Assembly (NCBI GenBank): GCA_963784645.1
Contig: CAWARY010000005.1
Span: 178,656 to 242,655 of the forward strand
From: an uncultured Actinomycetota bacterium
GTDB taxonomy: Bacteria; Actinomycetota; Actinomycetes; JACCUZ01
Direction: 5' to 3'
DNA: 64,000 nt
The notes under the pieces: model-generated
Told to the model about the DNA's origin: nothing
The model's input: only the letters and a program-made list of their open reading frames with translations
Databases searched by the model: none
Position numbers and translations under genes: made by a program
In this document: piece by piece, positions 11,002 through 20,275 of the stretch
How the letters are laid out: each line of letters starts with the position of its first letter
Numbering within the stretch: position 1 is the first letter of the stretch

Positions 11002-11868
11002 ATGCCGTACGCCAGCACGCGGACCGGCCGGGCCGACGCCGCGGAGATCACCGCCGCCCTCGCGGCGTGGACACCGCCGACCTGGACAGGCCAGCTGCAC
11101 CCGGGCGACATCGGCTGGCAGCTGCGGCTGGAGGACGAGCAGGTCGACGGGTCGTTCCTCGTGGTCCGGGACGGCGCGACGATCGTCGCGGTCGCGCTGG
11201 TCGACGACCCGCACACGGTCCGGCTCGCCGTCGACCCGGCGCGCGCGCACCACACCCCGCTGGCTGACTTCCTCGCCGACGCGGTCGAGGACCTGGTCGG
11301 CGACGGGGAGGCGTGGGCTGCCGGACTGCCGCTCGCAGGCTGGGGCGCCGTGCTGGCGGACCGGGGCTGGTCGGCTGACGGTGACCCGTGGGTCGCGCTG
11401 CACCGCGCGCTCACGGGAGCCGGCCGCGCAGCCCTCCCCGACGGGGTCGCTCCGGTGGCCGGCGACAGGGATGTCGCCGACCGGGTCGCCGTGCAACGGG
11501 CGGCCTTCGAGCGCTCCACGTTCACGGCGGCGCGCTGGGCGCTGATGGCCGCCGGTCCGTCGTACGACGGCGGGCTGGACCTGCTCGCGCGCGACCGGGA
11601 CGGGACGCCGGTGGCCGCCGGGACGGCGTGGCACGCGGGCGCGGGACGCTGCGCGGTGCTCGAGCCCGTCGGCACGCACCGCGACCACCAGCGGCTCGGC
11701 CACGGCCGGCGGCTCCTCGACGGGCTCTGCTCCCAGCTTGCGGCGGCGGGTTCCGCCAGCGTGGCCGTCGCGACACCGGCCTCGAACGAGGGAGCCGTGC
11801 GCGCCTACACGGCCGCGGGGTTCCGCGTGCTGGGGCTGCTCACGGACGTGCACCGGCCGGCTGGCTGA
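11002..11868 (+). CDS. GNAT-family N-acetyltransferase
   Basis: 288 aa. The C-terminal region carries an acetyl-CoA binding-like motif (RLGHGRRLLDGL). Confidence 0.6.
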   Translation: MPYASTRTGRADAAEITAALAAWTPPTWTGQLHPGDIGWQLRLEDEQVDGSFLVVRDGATIVAVALVDDPHTVRLAVDPARAHHTPLADFLADAVEDLVGDGEAWAAGLPLAGWGAVLADRGWSADGDPWVALHRALTGAGRAALPDGVAPVAGDRDVADRVAVQRAAFERSTFTAARWALMAAGPSYDGGLDLLARDRDGTPVAAGTAWHAGAGRCAVLEPVGTHRDHQRLGHGRRLLDGLCSQLAAAGSASVAVATPASNEGAVRAYTAAGFRVLGLLTDVHRPAG

Positions 11869-12841
11869 CCGGCTCGGCCGAGGGGATGCCGGCCAGCAGG
11901 GCTTCGACCTGGGCGAGCACGTCGTCGGCGCAACCCCAGGACAGCGTGACGCCGGCGCCGCCGTGGCCGTAGCAGTGCACCACGCCGCCGGGGGAACCGT
12001 CGGCGTGCGGCACGGTCTCCAGGCGTACCGAGGGCCGGGCCGGCCGCAGGCCGACGCGGTGGCCGAGGACCCGCGCCCCGCGCAGGGCCGGCACCAGCTC
12101 GACCGCCCGCGCCAGCATCTCGCTGGCGGTGGTGGGGTCGGGCTGCAGCGTCCAGTCGCCGTCCTGCGCGGTGCCGCCGACGACGACGTCGTGCTCCCGC
12201 GGGACGACGTACATCGGGCGCTCGTCGGGTGAGGTCTCGGAGACGAGCAGCCACTCGTGGACACCGGTCTGCGCGACCCGCACGACCTGGCCGCGCACCG
12301 GGTGCAGGGACGGGTCGTGGGCCAGGGCCCGGGATGCCAGCCCGGTGGCGTTGACGACCACGCCGGAGGTGGGCAGCCCACTCAGCCGGGCCCGGGTGAC
12401 AGTGCCGCCGGTCTGCTCGAGGCGGCGCACCAGGTGCGCGAGGTAGCTGCCCATCTCGGCGATCGGGAGCGCCAGCCGCCAGCCCCTGCTGAAGCCGGGC
12501 GCCGGGTCGACGACCGTGTCCAGCCGCGGGACGGCCGACCGCCACCAGGGCTGCTCGGGAGCGCCGCCGGGCAGCAGCTCGACGCCCTCGCGGACCCGCA
12601 CCCCGGTGCCGGGGGAGCCGGCCAGCTCGGTGAGCACGTCGTAGGTGCGAGCCGACCAGGCGGTGACCTTGTCCTGCGGGAGGGCCCGGTAGGGGTACCA
12701 GAGCGCCGCGGCCACCGACGAGGTCGTCTCGGCGGGGAGGTCGCGGGCCAGCACGTGGGTCTCGTGGCCGGCCTCGGCCAGCCGGACCGCGCAGGTCAGC
12801 CCGGTCACCCCGGCGCCCACCACGATCACCCGCACACCCAC
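11840..12841 (-). CDS. FAD-dependent oxidoreductase, D-amino-acid oxidase family
   Basis: GTG start with an N-terminal Rossmann motif VIVVGAGVTGLTCAVRLAEAGHE. The C-terminus (...HCYGHGGAGVTLSWGCA) is DAO-like. Confidence 0.7.
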   Translation of the reverse strand: MGVRVIVVGAGVTGLTCAVRLAEAGHETHVLARDLPAETTSSVAAALWYPYRALPQDKVTAWSARTYDVLTELAGSPGTGVRVREGVELLPGGAPEQPWWRSAVPRLDTVVDPAPGFSRGWRLALPIAEMGSYLAHLVRRLEQTGGTVTRARLSGLPTSGVVVNATGLASRALAHDPSLHPVRGQVVRVAQTGVHEWLLVSETSPDERPMYVVPREHDVVVGGTAQDGDWTLQPDPTTASEMLARAVELVPALRGARVLGHRVGLRPARPSVRLETVPHADGSPGGVVHCYGHGGAGVTLSWGCADDVLAQVEALLAGIPSAEPVSQPAGARP

Positions 12842-12920
12842 AGCGACCCAGCCTGCCGTACGCCGCCCGGCCGGGGAAGTCCCGCGCCGTGGAAGCCGCC
12901 CGCGCGTCGCCAGGAAAGAT

Positions 12921-12988
12921 CGTTTGCGACCTGAGCCCCGGACACGCCGGGGTACCCACCGGCGTGTCGGGGATCCAGGTCGCAAACG
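12921..12988. repeat. Family-2 palindromic intergenic element (nested inverted repeats CGTTTGCGACCTG...GACACGCCGG / CCGGCGTGTC...CAGGTCGCAAACG)
   Basis: A 68-bp hairpin-forming element. The second copy is at 60540-60607. Confidence 0.6.
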
Positions 12989-13085
12989 AGCGCCCTCCGG
13001 GTGCGGCACCCCGGGGGAGGCAGGCTGCGGGCCATCTTTGCCAAGAAGTGTTGGCAAAGGAGTGTTGGCATGGCATCCTCGGGGC

Positions 13086-13658
13086 ATGGCCGACCGCTTC
13101 CTCGACGTCTCCGACCCGCTGGCGCTGCGCGCCCTGGCCCACCCGCTGCGCGTCCGGCTGCTGCGGCTGGTCCGCGAGCACCGGCCGGTGACCAACGCCG
13201 AGCTGGCGGCGCTGGTGGGGGAGTCGACCGCGAACGTGAGCTACCACCTCTCGGTGCTGGCCCGGCACGGCTTCGTGGAGCCGGACCCCACGCCCGGCGC
13301 CACCCGCCGGCACAAGCCGTGGCGCACGACGTACGACCGGATGCGGATGCACTCGAGCGAGGGCGCCACGCCGCTGGAGAGCTCCGGCGGCGGTGCGCTC
13401 GCGGCGCTGCTGGCCGACGACCGCGCGACGCAGGACGCCTACCTGGCGGCGCCGAGCGCGCCGGAGGGCAGCACGTGGGACGCCGCCGTCTTCCAGATCT
13501 CCCGGCTGGTGCTCGACGCCGCGCGTGCCGAGGAGCTCGCCACCGAGGTGAGCGCCCTGCTCGACCGCTACCACGGCGACGCCGACCCCGGCCCGGACGA
13601 GGCACGGTTCGCCGTGTCGTTCGTGGCCGTCCCGGTCGGCGAGGGGGTGCCGCGATGA
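13086..13658 (+). CDS. ArsR/SmtB-family HTH transcriptional regulator
   Basis: MADRFLDVSDPLALRALAHPLRVRLLRLVREHRPVTNAELAALVGESTANVSYHLSVLARHGFV. It overlaps the MFS start (ATGA). Confidence 0.75.
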   Translation: MADRFLDVSDPLALRALAHPLRVRLLRLVREHRPVTNAELAALVGESTANVSYHLSVLARHGFVEPDPTPGATRRHKPWRTTYDRMRMHSSEGATPLESSGGGALAALLADDRATQDAYLAAPSAPEGSTWDAAVFQISRLVLDAARAEELATEVSALLDRYHGDADPGPDEARFAVSFVAVPVGEGVPR

Positions 13659-14911
13659 GTCCGCTCACCGGCCCGCTCCGGCGTCGCGACGTGCGGTTGC
13701 TGATCACCGGGTCGACGGTGTCCCTGGTCGGCGACGGCATCTACGGCATCGCGATGGCGGTGGCCGTCCTGCACCTCACCGGCAGCGCCACCGCCCTGGC
13801 GGCGATGGCGGTCGTGAACCTCGTGCCGCGGGTGGCCTTCGGGCTGATGGGCGGCGTGCTGGCCGACCGGCTCAGCCGCCGGGCGATCCTCGCGGTATGC
13901 GACCTGGTGCGGCTCGTCGTGGTCGCCGCCCTCGGTGCGCTGCTGCTCGCCGGTGACCCGCCGCTGTGGCTGCTGCTGGTGCTGGTCGCGCCGCTGGGTG
14001 CCGCCTCCGGTGCTGCGAACCCGGCCTTCAGCGCGATCCTGCCGGACCTCGTCGACGAGGAGGAGCTGGTCGCCACCGGCGGCCTGCTCGGCACGGTCAG
14101 TCCGATGGCGCAGATGGTGGTCGGCCCGGCCGTCGGCGGTGTGCTGGCGGCCTGGCACCCGGGGGCGGCGCTGCTCGTCGACGCCGCGACGTTCGCCGTG
14201 TCGGCCTGGTGCGTGCTGCTGCTCCGCCCGCCCGTGCTGCACGCGCCGGGCGAGGGCCCCCGGCCGCTGCCGTGGGCCGACTTCCGGGAGGGACTGGCCT
14301 ACGTCCGGCGCACGCCGTGGCTCGCCGTCAACCTGCTCTCCGGGCTCGTCATCACCTTCACCGTGTCCGGGACCATGCAGATGCTCCCGGTGCTGGTCTC
14401 CCGCGGCTACGGCGCACCGGTCGCGAGCTTCGGCTACCTGATCGCCGCGGGCGGGGTCGCCGCCACCGTCGCAGCGGCCGTCGTCGGCTCCCGGCCGCGC
14501 CCCCGGCGCCCGCTGGCGACGTCGTACGCGACGTACGCCCTGGGCCTGGGCGCCGTCGCCGGCCTGGGCGTCGCGCCGGGGCCGGTGGTCGGCGCGGTGT
14601 TCATGGTGGTGTTCTTCGTCGGTGCGACGGCGGGCAACGTGCTGCAGGACAGCGTCCTGGGCTCCCGGGTGCCCCGGGAGCTGCGCGGCCGGGTCGGGTC
14701 GCTCGACTGGGTCGCGGCGACGGCGGCCGCTCCGCTCTCGGTCGTGGTCGCCGCGCTCTCGGCCGACCATGCCGGCATCCGCCCGACGTACGTCGTGGCC
14801 GGCCTGGCCGCCGCCCTGTGCTCGCTCGCGGGGCTGGTGCTGCTGCGCCGCACCGGCGAGCCGACCGACACCCCGGCCCCGTCCGCCACGGCCCTGCAGT
14901 CGATCACGTAA
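13655..14911 (+). CDS. MFS transporter
   Basis: 418 aa, polytopic. It appears translationally coupled to the ArsR regulator. Confidence 0.85.
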   Translation: MSPLTGPLRRRDVRLLITGSTVSLVGDGIYGIAMAVAVLHLTGSATALAAMAVVNLVPRVAFGLMGGVLADRLSRRAILAVCDLVRLVVVAALGALLLAGDPPLWLLLVLVAPLGAASGAANPAFSAILPDLVDEEELVATGGLLGTVSPMAQMVVGPAVGGVLAAWHPGAALLVDAATFAVSAWCVLLLRPPVLHAPGEGPRPLPWADFREGLAYVRRTPWLAVNLLSGLVITFTVSGTMQMLPVLVSRGYGAPVASFGYLIAAGGVAATVAAAVVGSRPRPRRPLATSYATYALGLGAVAGLGVAPGPVVGAVFMVVFFVGATAGNVLQDSVLGSRVPRELRGRVGSLDWVAATAAAPLSVVVAALSADHAGIRPTYVVAGLAAALCSLAGLVLLRRTGEPTDTPAPSATALQSIT

Positions 14912-14981
14912 ACGTGATCCACCGTCTCCTCACACGGGTTGCACGCCGTGCAAGGCGCATGTCGACCACGTTTACGTGATC
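14902..14981. repeat. Nested dyad-symmetry element: outer arms GATCACGTAAACGTGATCC / ACCACGTTTACGTGATC around an inner palindrome TTGCACGCCGTGCAA
   Basis: Read directly. It overlaps the MFS stop codon and lies between the convergent MFS and nucS genes. Confidence 0.5.
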
Positions 14982-14989
14982 GCCGGACG

Positions 14990-15041
14990 AGGGGGGAACG
15001 GGGCCGGACGAGGAGCGGGGCGGGGGCGGGGGGGGCGGGGG
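14990..15041. other. G-run tract (GGGGGG, GGGG, GGGG, GGGGG, GGGGGGGG, GGGGG), potential G-quadruplex; C-rich on the nucS strand
   Basis: Six G-runs of 4 or more fall within 52 nt, immediately 3' of the nucS stop. Confidence 0.4.
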
Positions 15042-15713
15042 TCAGAACAGGCGGGCGCCGACGTCGTCGACACCGCGCAGCGCGTCGTAGTCGAGGACGA
15101 CGCAGTCGATGCCGCGGTCGGTGGCCAGGACCCGGGCCTGCGGCTTGATCTCCTGGGCGGCGAACACGCCGCGTACCGGCATCAGGTGCGGGTCGCGGTT
15201 GAGCAGCTCGAGGTAGCGGGTGAGCTGCTCGACGCCGTCGATCTCGCCGCGCCGCTTGATCTCGATCGCCACGGTCGCCCCGCTGCGGTCGCGAGCCAGG
15301 AGGTCGACCGGACCGATCGCCGTCGGGTACTCGCGGCGCACCAGCCGCCAGCCGGCGCCGAGGGTCTCGATCTGGTCGGCGAGCAGCGCCTGCAGGTGGG
15401 CCTCGACACCGTCCTTCACCAGTCCCGGGTCGACGCCGAGCTGGTGACTGGTGTCGTCCAGGACCTCCTCGACCGTGATGACCAGCTGCTCGCCGCCCTT
15501 GTTCGTGACGGTCCAGACGCCCTCGTCCGGACCGGTGCCGACGCGCAGCGTGCACGGCGGCGTCATCCACATCAGCGGCTTGTAGCCGCCGGCGTCGGAG
15601 TGCACGAGCACCGAGCCGTCGGACTTGACCAGCAGCAGCCGGGGAGCGCTCGGGAGGTGGGCGGTCAGCCGGCCGACGTAGTCGACCGAGCACCGGGCGA
15701 TGACCATCCGCAC
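15042..15713 (-). CDS. nucS: Endonuclease NucS (mismatch-specific endonuclease)
   Basis: 223 aa, [40 protein letters not shown]..., the conserved NucS family. Confidence 0.9.
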   Translation of the reverse strand: MRMVIARCSVDYVGRLTAHLPSAPRLLLVKSDGSVLVHSDAGGYKPLMWMTPPCTLRVGTGPDEGVWTVTNKGGEQLVITVEEVLDDTSHQLGVDPGLVKDGVEAHLQALLADQIETLGAGWRLVRREYPTAIGPVDLLARDRSGATVAIEIKRRGEIDGVEQLTRYLELLNRDPHLMPVRGVFAAQEIKPQARVLATDRGIDCVVLDYDALRGVDDVGARLF

Positions 15714-15724
15714 GAGGGGCGAGG

Positions 15725-16111
15725 CTAGCCGACCGGCGGGGCCGCCTCGTCAGCGGCGAGCATGTCCTCCAGCTCGAGGAGCCGCAGCAGCCGCAGCACG
15801 CTGCGCCGGCAGTGCCGCAGCTCGACGCTCCCGGAGCGCTTGGCGAGCATCGCCCGGGCGAGCAGCAGCGGCGAGATCCCCGAGGCGTCGGCGAAGCCCA
15901 CGCCGCTCATGTCGACCACCAGGCGGGTGCACAGGGGTGCGCGCCGGGCCGCGAGCGCCTGGTCGACGACGGCCTGCAGCAGCGGCGAACTGGTGATGTC
16001 GAGCTCGCCGTCCAGGCGGACGGTCACCGTGGCCCCCTCCGGCCGGACGTCGACGGCAAGCGTCGACTGAGCGCTGCGCAAGCCCCGTGCTCCCTCTCCC
16101 ACGACGGCCAC
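15725..16111 (-). CDS. STAS-domain anti-sigma factor antagonist (start uncertain, GTG)
   Basis: The C-terminal 110 aa, [56 protein letters not shown], are SpoIIAA-like. The upstream ORF extension is GC noise. Confidence 0.55.
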   Translation of the reverse strand: MAVVGEGARGLRSAQSTLAVDVRPEGATVTVRLDGELDITSSPLLQAVVDQALAARRAPLCTRLVVDMSGVGFADASGISPLLLARAMLAKRSGSVELRHCRRSVLRLLRLLELEDMLAADEAAPPVG

Positions 16112-16218
16112 CCCGTCGGGACCGTCTGGCACGGCCGCGCGCGGGCGACCGTGCGACCTGTCTACCCCATCGGACCCCTGGCATGCCCGGCGCCGCAGGA
16201 CCTGGGAGGATCGACCGC

Positions 16219-17994
16219 ATGTCACGTGACTTCCGCACCGTGGGCGTCGTGGGTCTGGGCACCATGGGTGCCGGGATCGTCGAGGTGTTCGCCCGCGAGG
16301 GGCTGCAGGTCGTGGGCGTCGAGCCCACCGAGGAGGCCCTCGAGCGCGGCCGCGGCCACCTGCGCAACTCCACCGACCGCGCGGTCAGCCGGGGAAAGCT
16401 CACCGAGGCCGACCGGGACGCCCTCGTGGCCCGGGTCACGTTCACGACGTCGATGGAGGACCTCGCCGACGTCGACCTCCTCGTCGAGGCGGTGCCCGAG
16501 CGGCTGGACCTCAAGCAGGAGGTCTTCGCGGCCGCGGACAAGATCTGCCGGCCCGACACCGTGCTCGCCACCAACACCTCCTCGCTGTCGGTCACCGAGA
16601 TCTCGGTGGCCACCTCGCGGCCGTCGCAGGTCGTCGGCATGCACTGGTTCAACCCGGCGCCGGTCCTCAAGCTGGTCGAGGTGGTACGCACCGTCGTGAC
16701 CGAGCAGGAGGTCGTCGACGACGTCACCGCGCTGGCCGAGCGGCTCGGGAAGAAGCCGGTCGTCATCGGTGACAAGGCGGGGTTCATCGCCAACGCCCTG
16801 CTGTTCGGCTACCTCAACCACGCGGTGTCGATGCTCGAGTCGCGCTATGCGACCCGCGAGGACATCGACGCAGCGATGCGGCTGGGCTGCGGCTACCCGA
16901 TGGGTCCGCTGGCCCTGTTGGACCTGATCGGTCTCGACACGGCGTACGAGATCCTCGACACGATGTACCGGCAGTCGCGCGACCGGCTGCACGCGCCGGC
17001 GCCGATCCTCAAGCAGATGGTCACGGCCGGTCTCCGGGGTCGCAAGACCGGGCGCGGCTTCTACACCTACGAAGGCCCCGACTCGCCCAAGGTCGTCGAC
17101 GACGCCCTGACACCGGGTGCGGGCGGCGCACACCAGGCCGGTCGCGACGTCCGGCGCATCGGCGTCGTCGGCTCGGGCACGATGGCCACCGGCATCGTCG
17201 AGGTGCTCGCCAAGGCGGGCTACGACGTGCTGTACGTCGCGCGCGGTGCCGAGAAGGTCGCCCGGGTGCGCGCCGACCTCGAGCGGTCGCTGGACAAGGC
17301 CGTGCTGCGCGGCAAGCTCGAGCAGGCCGATCGCGACGCCGCCGTGTCACGGGTCACCGGGTCGGCGCGGCTCGACGACCTCGCCGACCGCGACCTCGTC
17401 GTCGAGGCGGTCGTCGAGGAGCTGTCGGTCAAGCAGGCGCTGTTCTCTACCCTCGACGAGATCTGCCGGCCCGGCACCGTCCTCGCGACCACGACCTCGT
17501 CGCTGCCGGTGGTCGAGCTGGCCGCCGCCACCGGCCGGCCGGCCGACGTCGTCGGCCTGCACTTCTTCAACCCCGCGCCGGTGATGAAGCTGGTCGAGGT
17601 CGTGAGCACGGTGTCGACCGCGGACGACGTCGTCGCCACCGTCCGGCAGGTCTGCGAGCGGGCCGGCAAGCACGCCGTCGAGTGCGGCGACCGGGCCGGG
17701 TTCATCGTCAACGCGCTGCTGTTCCCCTACCTCAACGACGCCGTGAAGATGCTCCAGGCGCACTACGCGAGCGTCGAGGACATCGACGCCGCGATGATCG
17801 TCGGCTGCGGCTACCCCCTTGGTCCGTTCGACCTGCTCGACGTCGTCGGCCTCGACGTCGCGTACGCCATCCAGCGCACGCTCTACCTCGAGTTCCGCGA
17901 ACCGGGGTTCGCGCCGGCGCCGCTGCTCGAGCAGCTCGTCACCGCCGGCTACCTCGGTCGCAAGGCCGGCCGCGGGTTCCGCGACTACCGCTGA
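16219..17994 (+). CDS. Tandem-duplicated 3-hydroxyacyl-CoA dehydrogenase (two complete HBD modules fused)
   Basis: 591 aa carrying two NAD-binding motifs (VGVVGLGTMGAGIVEV and IGVVGSGTMATGIVEV), each followed by an HBD C-terminal domain. Confidence 0.85.
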   Translation: MSRDFRTVGVVGLGTMGAGIVEVFAREGLQVVGVEPTEEALERGRGHLRNSTDRAVSRGKLTEADRDALVARVTFTTSMEDLADVDLLVEAVPERLDLKQEVFAAADKICRPDTVLATNTSSLSVTEISVATSRPSQVVGMHWFNPAPVLKLVEVVRTVVTEQEVVDDVTALAERLGKKPVVIGDKAGFIANALLFGYLNHAVSMLESRYATREDIDAAMRLGCGYPMGPLALLDLIGLDTAYEILDTMYRQSRDRLHAPAPILKQMVTAGLRGRKTGRGFYTYEGPDSPKVVDDALTPGAGGAHQAGRDVRRIGVVGSGTMATGIVEVLAKAGYDVLYVARGAEKVARVRADLERSLDKAVLRGKLEQADRDAAVSRVTGSARLDDLADRDLVVEAVVEELSVKQALFSTLDEICRPGTVLATTTSSLPVVELAAATGRPADVVGLHFFNPAPVMKLVEVVSTVSTADDVVATVRQVCERAGKHAVECGDRAGFIVNALLFPYLNDAVKMLQAHYASVEDIDAAMIVGCGYPLGPFDLLDVVGLDVAYAIQRTLYLEFREPGFAPAPLLEQLVTAGYLGRKAGRGFRDYR

Positions 17995-18004
17995 TCGGCG
18001 GCAC

Positions 18005-18259
18005 GTGAGCGACGACTGGGTGGTGCGGCAGGTCACAGGCTCCGCCTCGACCCGCGCCTACCGCTGCCCGGGGTGCGACCACGAGATCCGCCCGGCCACC
18101 CCGCACGTCGTCGCCTGGCCGGCCACCTACGGCGGTGAGGGCGACCGCGACGAGGACGCCGGTCTCGGTGAGCGGCGGCACTGGCACACCGCCTGCTGGC
18201 GGGCGCGCGACCGGCGGGCGCCGAAGACGCAGCGGTCGCGCAACGCGCCGCGCTACTGA
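18005..18259 (+). CDS. Small conserved hypothetical protein with CxxC...H...C (zinc-ribbon-like)
   Basis: 84 aa from a GTG start, VSDDWVVRQVTGSASTRAYRCPGCDHEIRPATPHVVAWP...HWHTACW. Confidence 0.45.
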   Translation: MSDDWVVRQVTGSASTRAYRCPGCDHEIRPATPHVVAWPATYGGEGDRDEDAGLGERRHWHTACWRARDRRAPKTQRSRNAPRY

Positions 18260-18268
18260 AGGAGCCGG

Positions 18269-19042
18269 ATGACCGAGCACCACCTGTCGACCTACGGCGC
18301 CGAGGAGCTGCGCGCCGCGACGGTGCTGCCCGCTGACCGGAGGCCGATCGAGCTGAACACCGCCGACGGCCTGCGCCTGGTCGGCGAGCTGGCCCTGCCG
18401 GTCGACCGCCCTCCGGTCGCGACCTTGATCTGCCTGCACCCGCTGCCGACCCATGGCGGGTTCATGGACAGCCACGTGCTGCGCAAGGCGTCCTACCGGC
18501 TGCCGGCTCTCGCCGGGATCGCGGTGCTGCGGTTCAACACGCGGGGCACGTCGTCGCCGGCCGGCACCAGCGAGGGTGCCTTCGACAACGCGGTCGGCGA
18601 GCGCTTCGACGTCGCAGCCGCCATCGAGTACGCCGAGTTCCACGACGACCCGCCCCTGCCGGACAGGTGGCTGCTGGGCTGGTCGTTCGGCACCGACCTG
18701 GCACTGATGCACGGGCTGGACCCGTCGGTCACCGGCGCGATCCTGCTGTCCCCGCCGCTGCGGTTCAGCAGCGACGAGCACCTCGACGAGTGGGCCGCGT
18801 CGGGCCGGCCGGTGCTGGCCCTGGTGCCCGAGCACGACGACTACCTCCGGCCCCCCGAGGCGCGCGTGCGGTTCGGGCGCATCCCGCAGGCCGAGGTCGT
18901 CGGGGTCGACGGCGCCAAGCACCTCTGGGTGGGGGAGCCAGCCGTGCGCCGGGTGCTCGACGAGATCGTCCGGCGGGTCGCCCCGGACGCATACCCGCTG
19001 CCCACCACGGTGCCGCCGGGGATGCCCACGGCCGAGGGGTAG
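18269..19042 (+). CDS. Alpha/beta hydrolase fold protein
   Basis: 257 aa with a nucleophile-elbow-like GWSFG motif. Confidence 0.7.
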   Translation: MTEHHLSTYGAEELRAATVLPADRRPIELNTADGLRLVGELALPVDRPPVATLICLHPLPTHGGFMDSHVLRKASYRLPALAGIAVLRFNTRGTSSPAGTSEGAFDNAVGERFDVAAAIEYAEFHDDPPLPDRWLLGWSFGTDLALMHGLDPSVTGAILLSPPLRFSSDEHLDEWAASGRPVLALVPEHDDYLRPPEARVRFGRIPQAEVVGVDGAKHLWVGEPAVRRVLDEIVRRVAPDAYPLPTTVPPGMPTAEG

Positions 19043-19132
19043 CAGCGTGGGGATCATGACGGGCCGGTGACGTCCGACCGGGACACCGGTCGGGACCGCG
19101 CGGCGCGGGGACCGGCGACGTAGCGTGACGCC

Positions 19133-20275
19133 ATGAGCGTCGCGACCAGGGGCACGGCACGTCGCTGGGCCGCGGCGCTGGCCGGCCTGGTCGCCGTCGC
19201 GGCGGCACCGTCGGCGTGGGCGCACGTCCCGGCGGCGGAGTCGGAGCTGTCACCGCGGCAGCTCCTCGCCCGGGCGCAAGGCTCGGCGGCAGTGCCCCAC
19301 CACGGGCTGGCGGAGAGCGTCGGGACCCTGGGGCTGCCCGACCTGCCCCGGCTCGGCGACGTCGCGGCGCTGCTCGGCTCCACCACGAGGACCCGGGTCT
19401 GGTGGCGGTCGCCGGACGCCTGGCGGGTCGACCGGATCACCCCCACCGGTGAGTCCGGCACCTACGCGATCCCCGGGGGCGTCCAGACCTGGGACTTCGA
19501 GTCCGGGGCCGTGCGCCGCGAGCTCGGCGCCACCCCTGTCCGGCTGCCGCGCGTCGACGACGTCCTGCCGCCGCAGGCGGCCCGCCGGGCCCTGGCCGGT
19601 GTCACCGCGCGGGACCGGGTCACCGCGCTGCCCGCCCGCCGGGTGGCGGGGCGGACCGCGGACGGCCTCCGGGTGGTGCCCACCGACCACCGCAGCACGG
19701 TGGGGCACCTCGACGTCTACGTCGACAAGGCGACCGGGCTGCCGCTGTCGGTCGTCGTCGTGCCGCGCGGCACCGACGTGGCGGCCATGCGCTCCGCGTT
19801 CGTCGACGTCACGATCGGCCGCCCGGCCGCCGGCGCCCTGGAGCCCCGGGTGCCGCGGTTCGGTCGGATCCGCACCACGCGGACCCCCGACCTGGCCGCT
19901 GCGGTGGACCGCTTCGCCCCCTTCGCGTTACCTGTCGAGCTTGCCGGGCTCACCCGCGGGCCGGACATCCTCGGCAGCGGTGGCGGCACCGGGACGTACG
20001 GAGAGGGGCTCACGCGCTTTGTCGTCCTCCCGCTCTGGTCGAGCCTGGGCCGGTCCGCGTCGACCGCCGCCGCAGCGGGCGGCGGCACGGTGCTGGACGT
20101 CGGTCCGGCGGGTACGGCCGTCCTCGTGAGCACCCCGCTGCTCAACGCGGTCGTGGTGCGTGCGGGCGGCGGCGGCCGACGTACCCGTTCGTACCTGGTC
20201 GCCGGCACCGTTGTCCCCACCGTGCTGCAGGCCGCCGCGCGGGCCCTGCTCGACGACCCGCCGCCGTTCCGGTGA
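19133..20275 (+). CDS. Secreted protein (signal peptide ...AAAPSAWAHVPA) of unknown function, co-operonic with an ABC-2 exporter
   Basis: 380 aa with an N-terminal signal peptide. Its stop overlaps the GTG start of the ABC ATPase. Confidence 0.55.
   Translation: MSVATRGTARRWAAALAGLVAVAAAPSAWAHVPAAESELSPRQLLARAQGSAAVPHHGLAESVGTLGLPDLPRLGDVAALLGSTTRTRVWWRSPDAWRVDRITPTGESGTYAIPGGVQTWDFESGAVRRELGATPVRLPRVDDVLPPQAARRALAGVTARDRVTALPARRVAGRTADGLRVVPTDHRSTVGHLDVYVDKATGLPLSVVVVPRGTDVAAMRSAFVDVTIGRPAAGALEPRVPRFGRIRTTRTPDLAAAVDRFAPFALPVELAGLTRGPDILGSGGGTGTYGEGLTRFVVLPLWSSLGRSASTAAAAGGGTVLDVGPAGTAVLVSTPLLNAVVVRAGGGGRRTRSYLVAGTVVPTVLQAAARALLDDPPPFR

Noticed and set aside
12976-13085. Possible riboswitch upstream of arsR (TTGCCAAGAAGTGTTGGCAAAGGAGTGTTGGCA)
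   Set aside because: It is more consistent with an ArsR-type operator (imperfect inverted repeat TTGCCAA...TTGGCAA and GTGTTGGCA direct repeats) than with any riboswitch consensus I can recognise.
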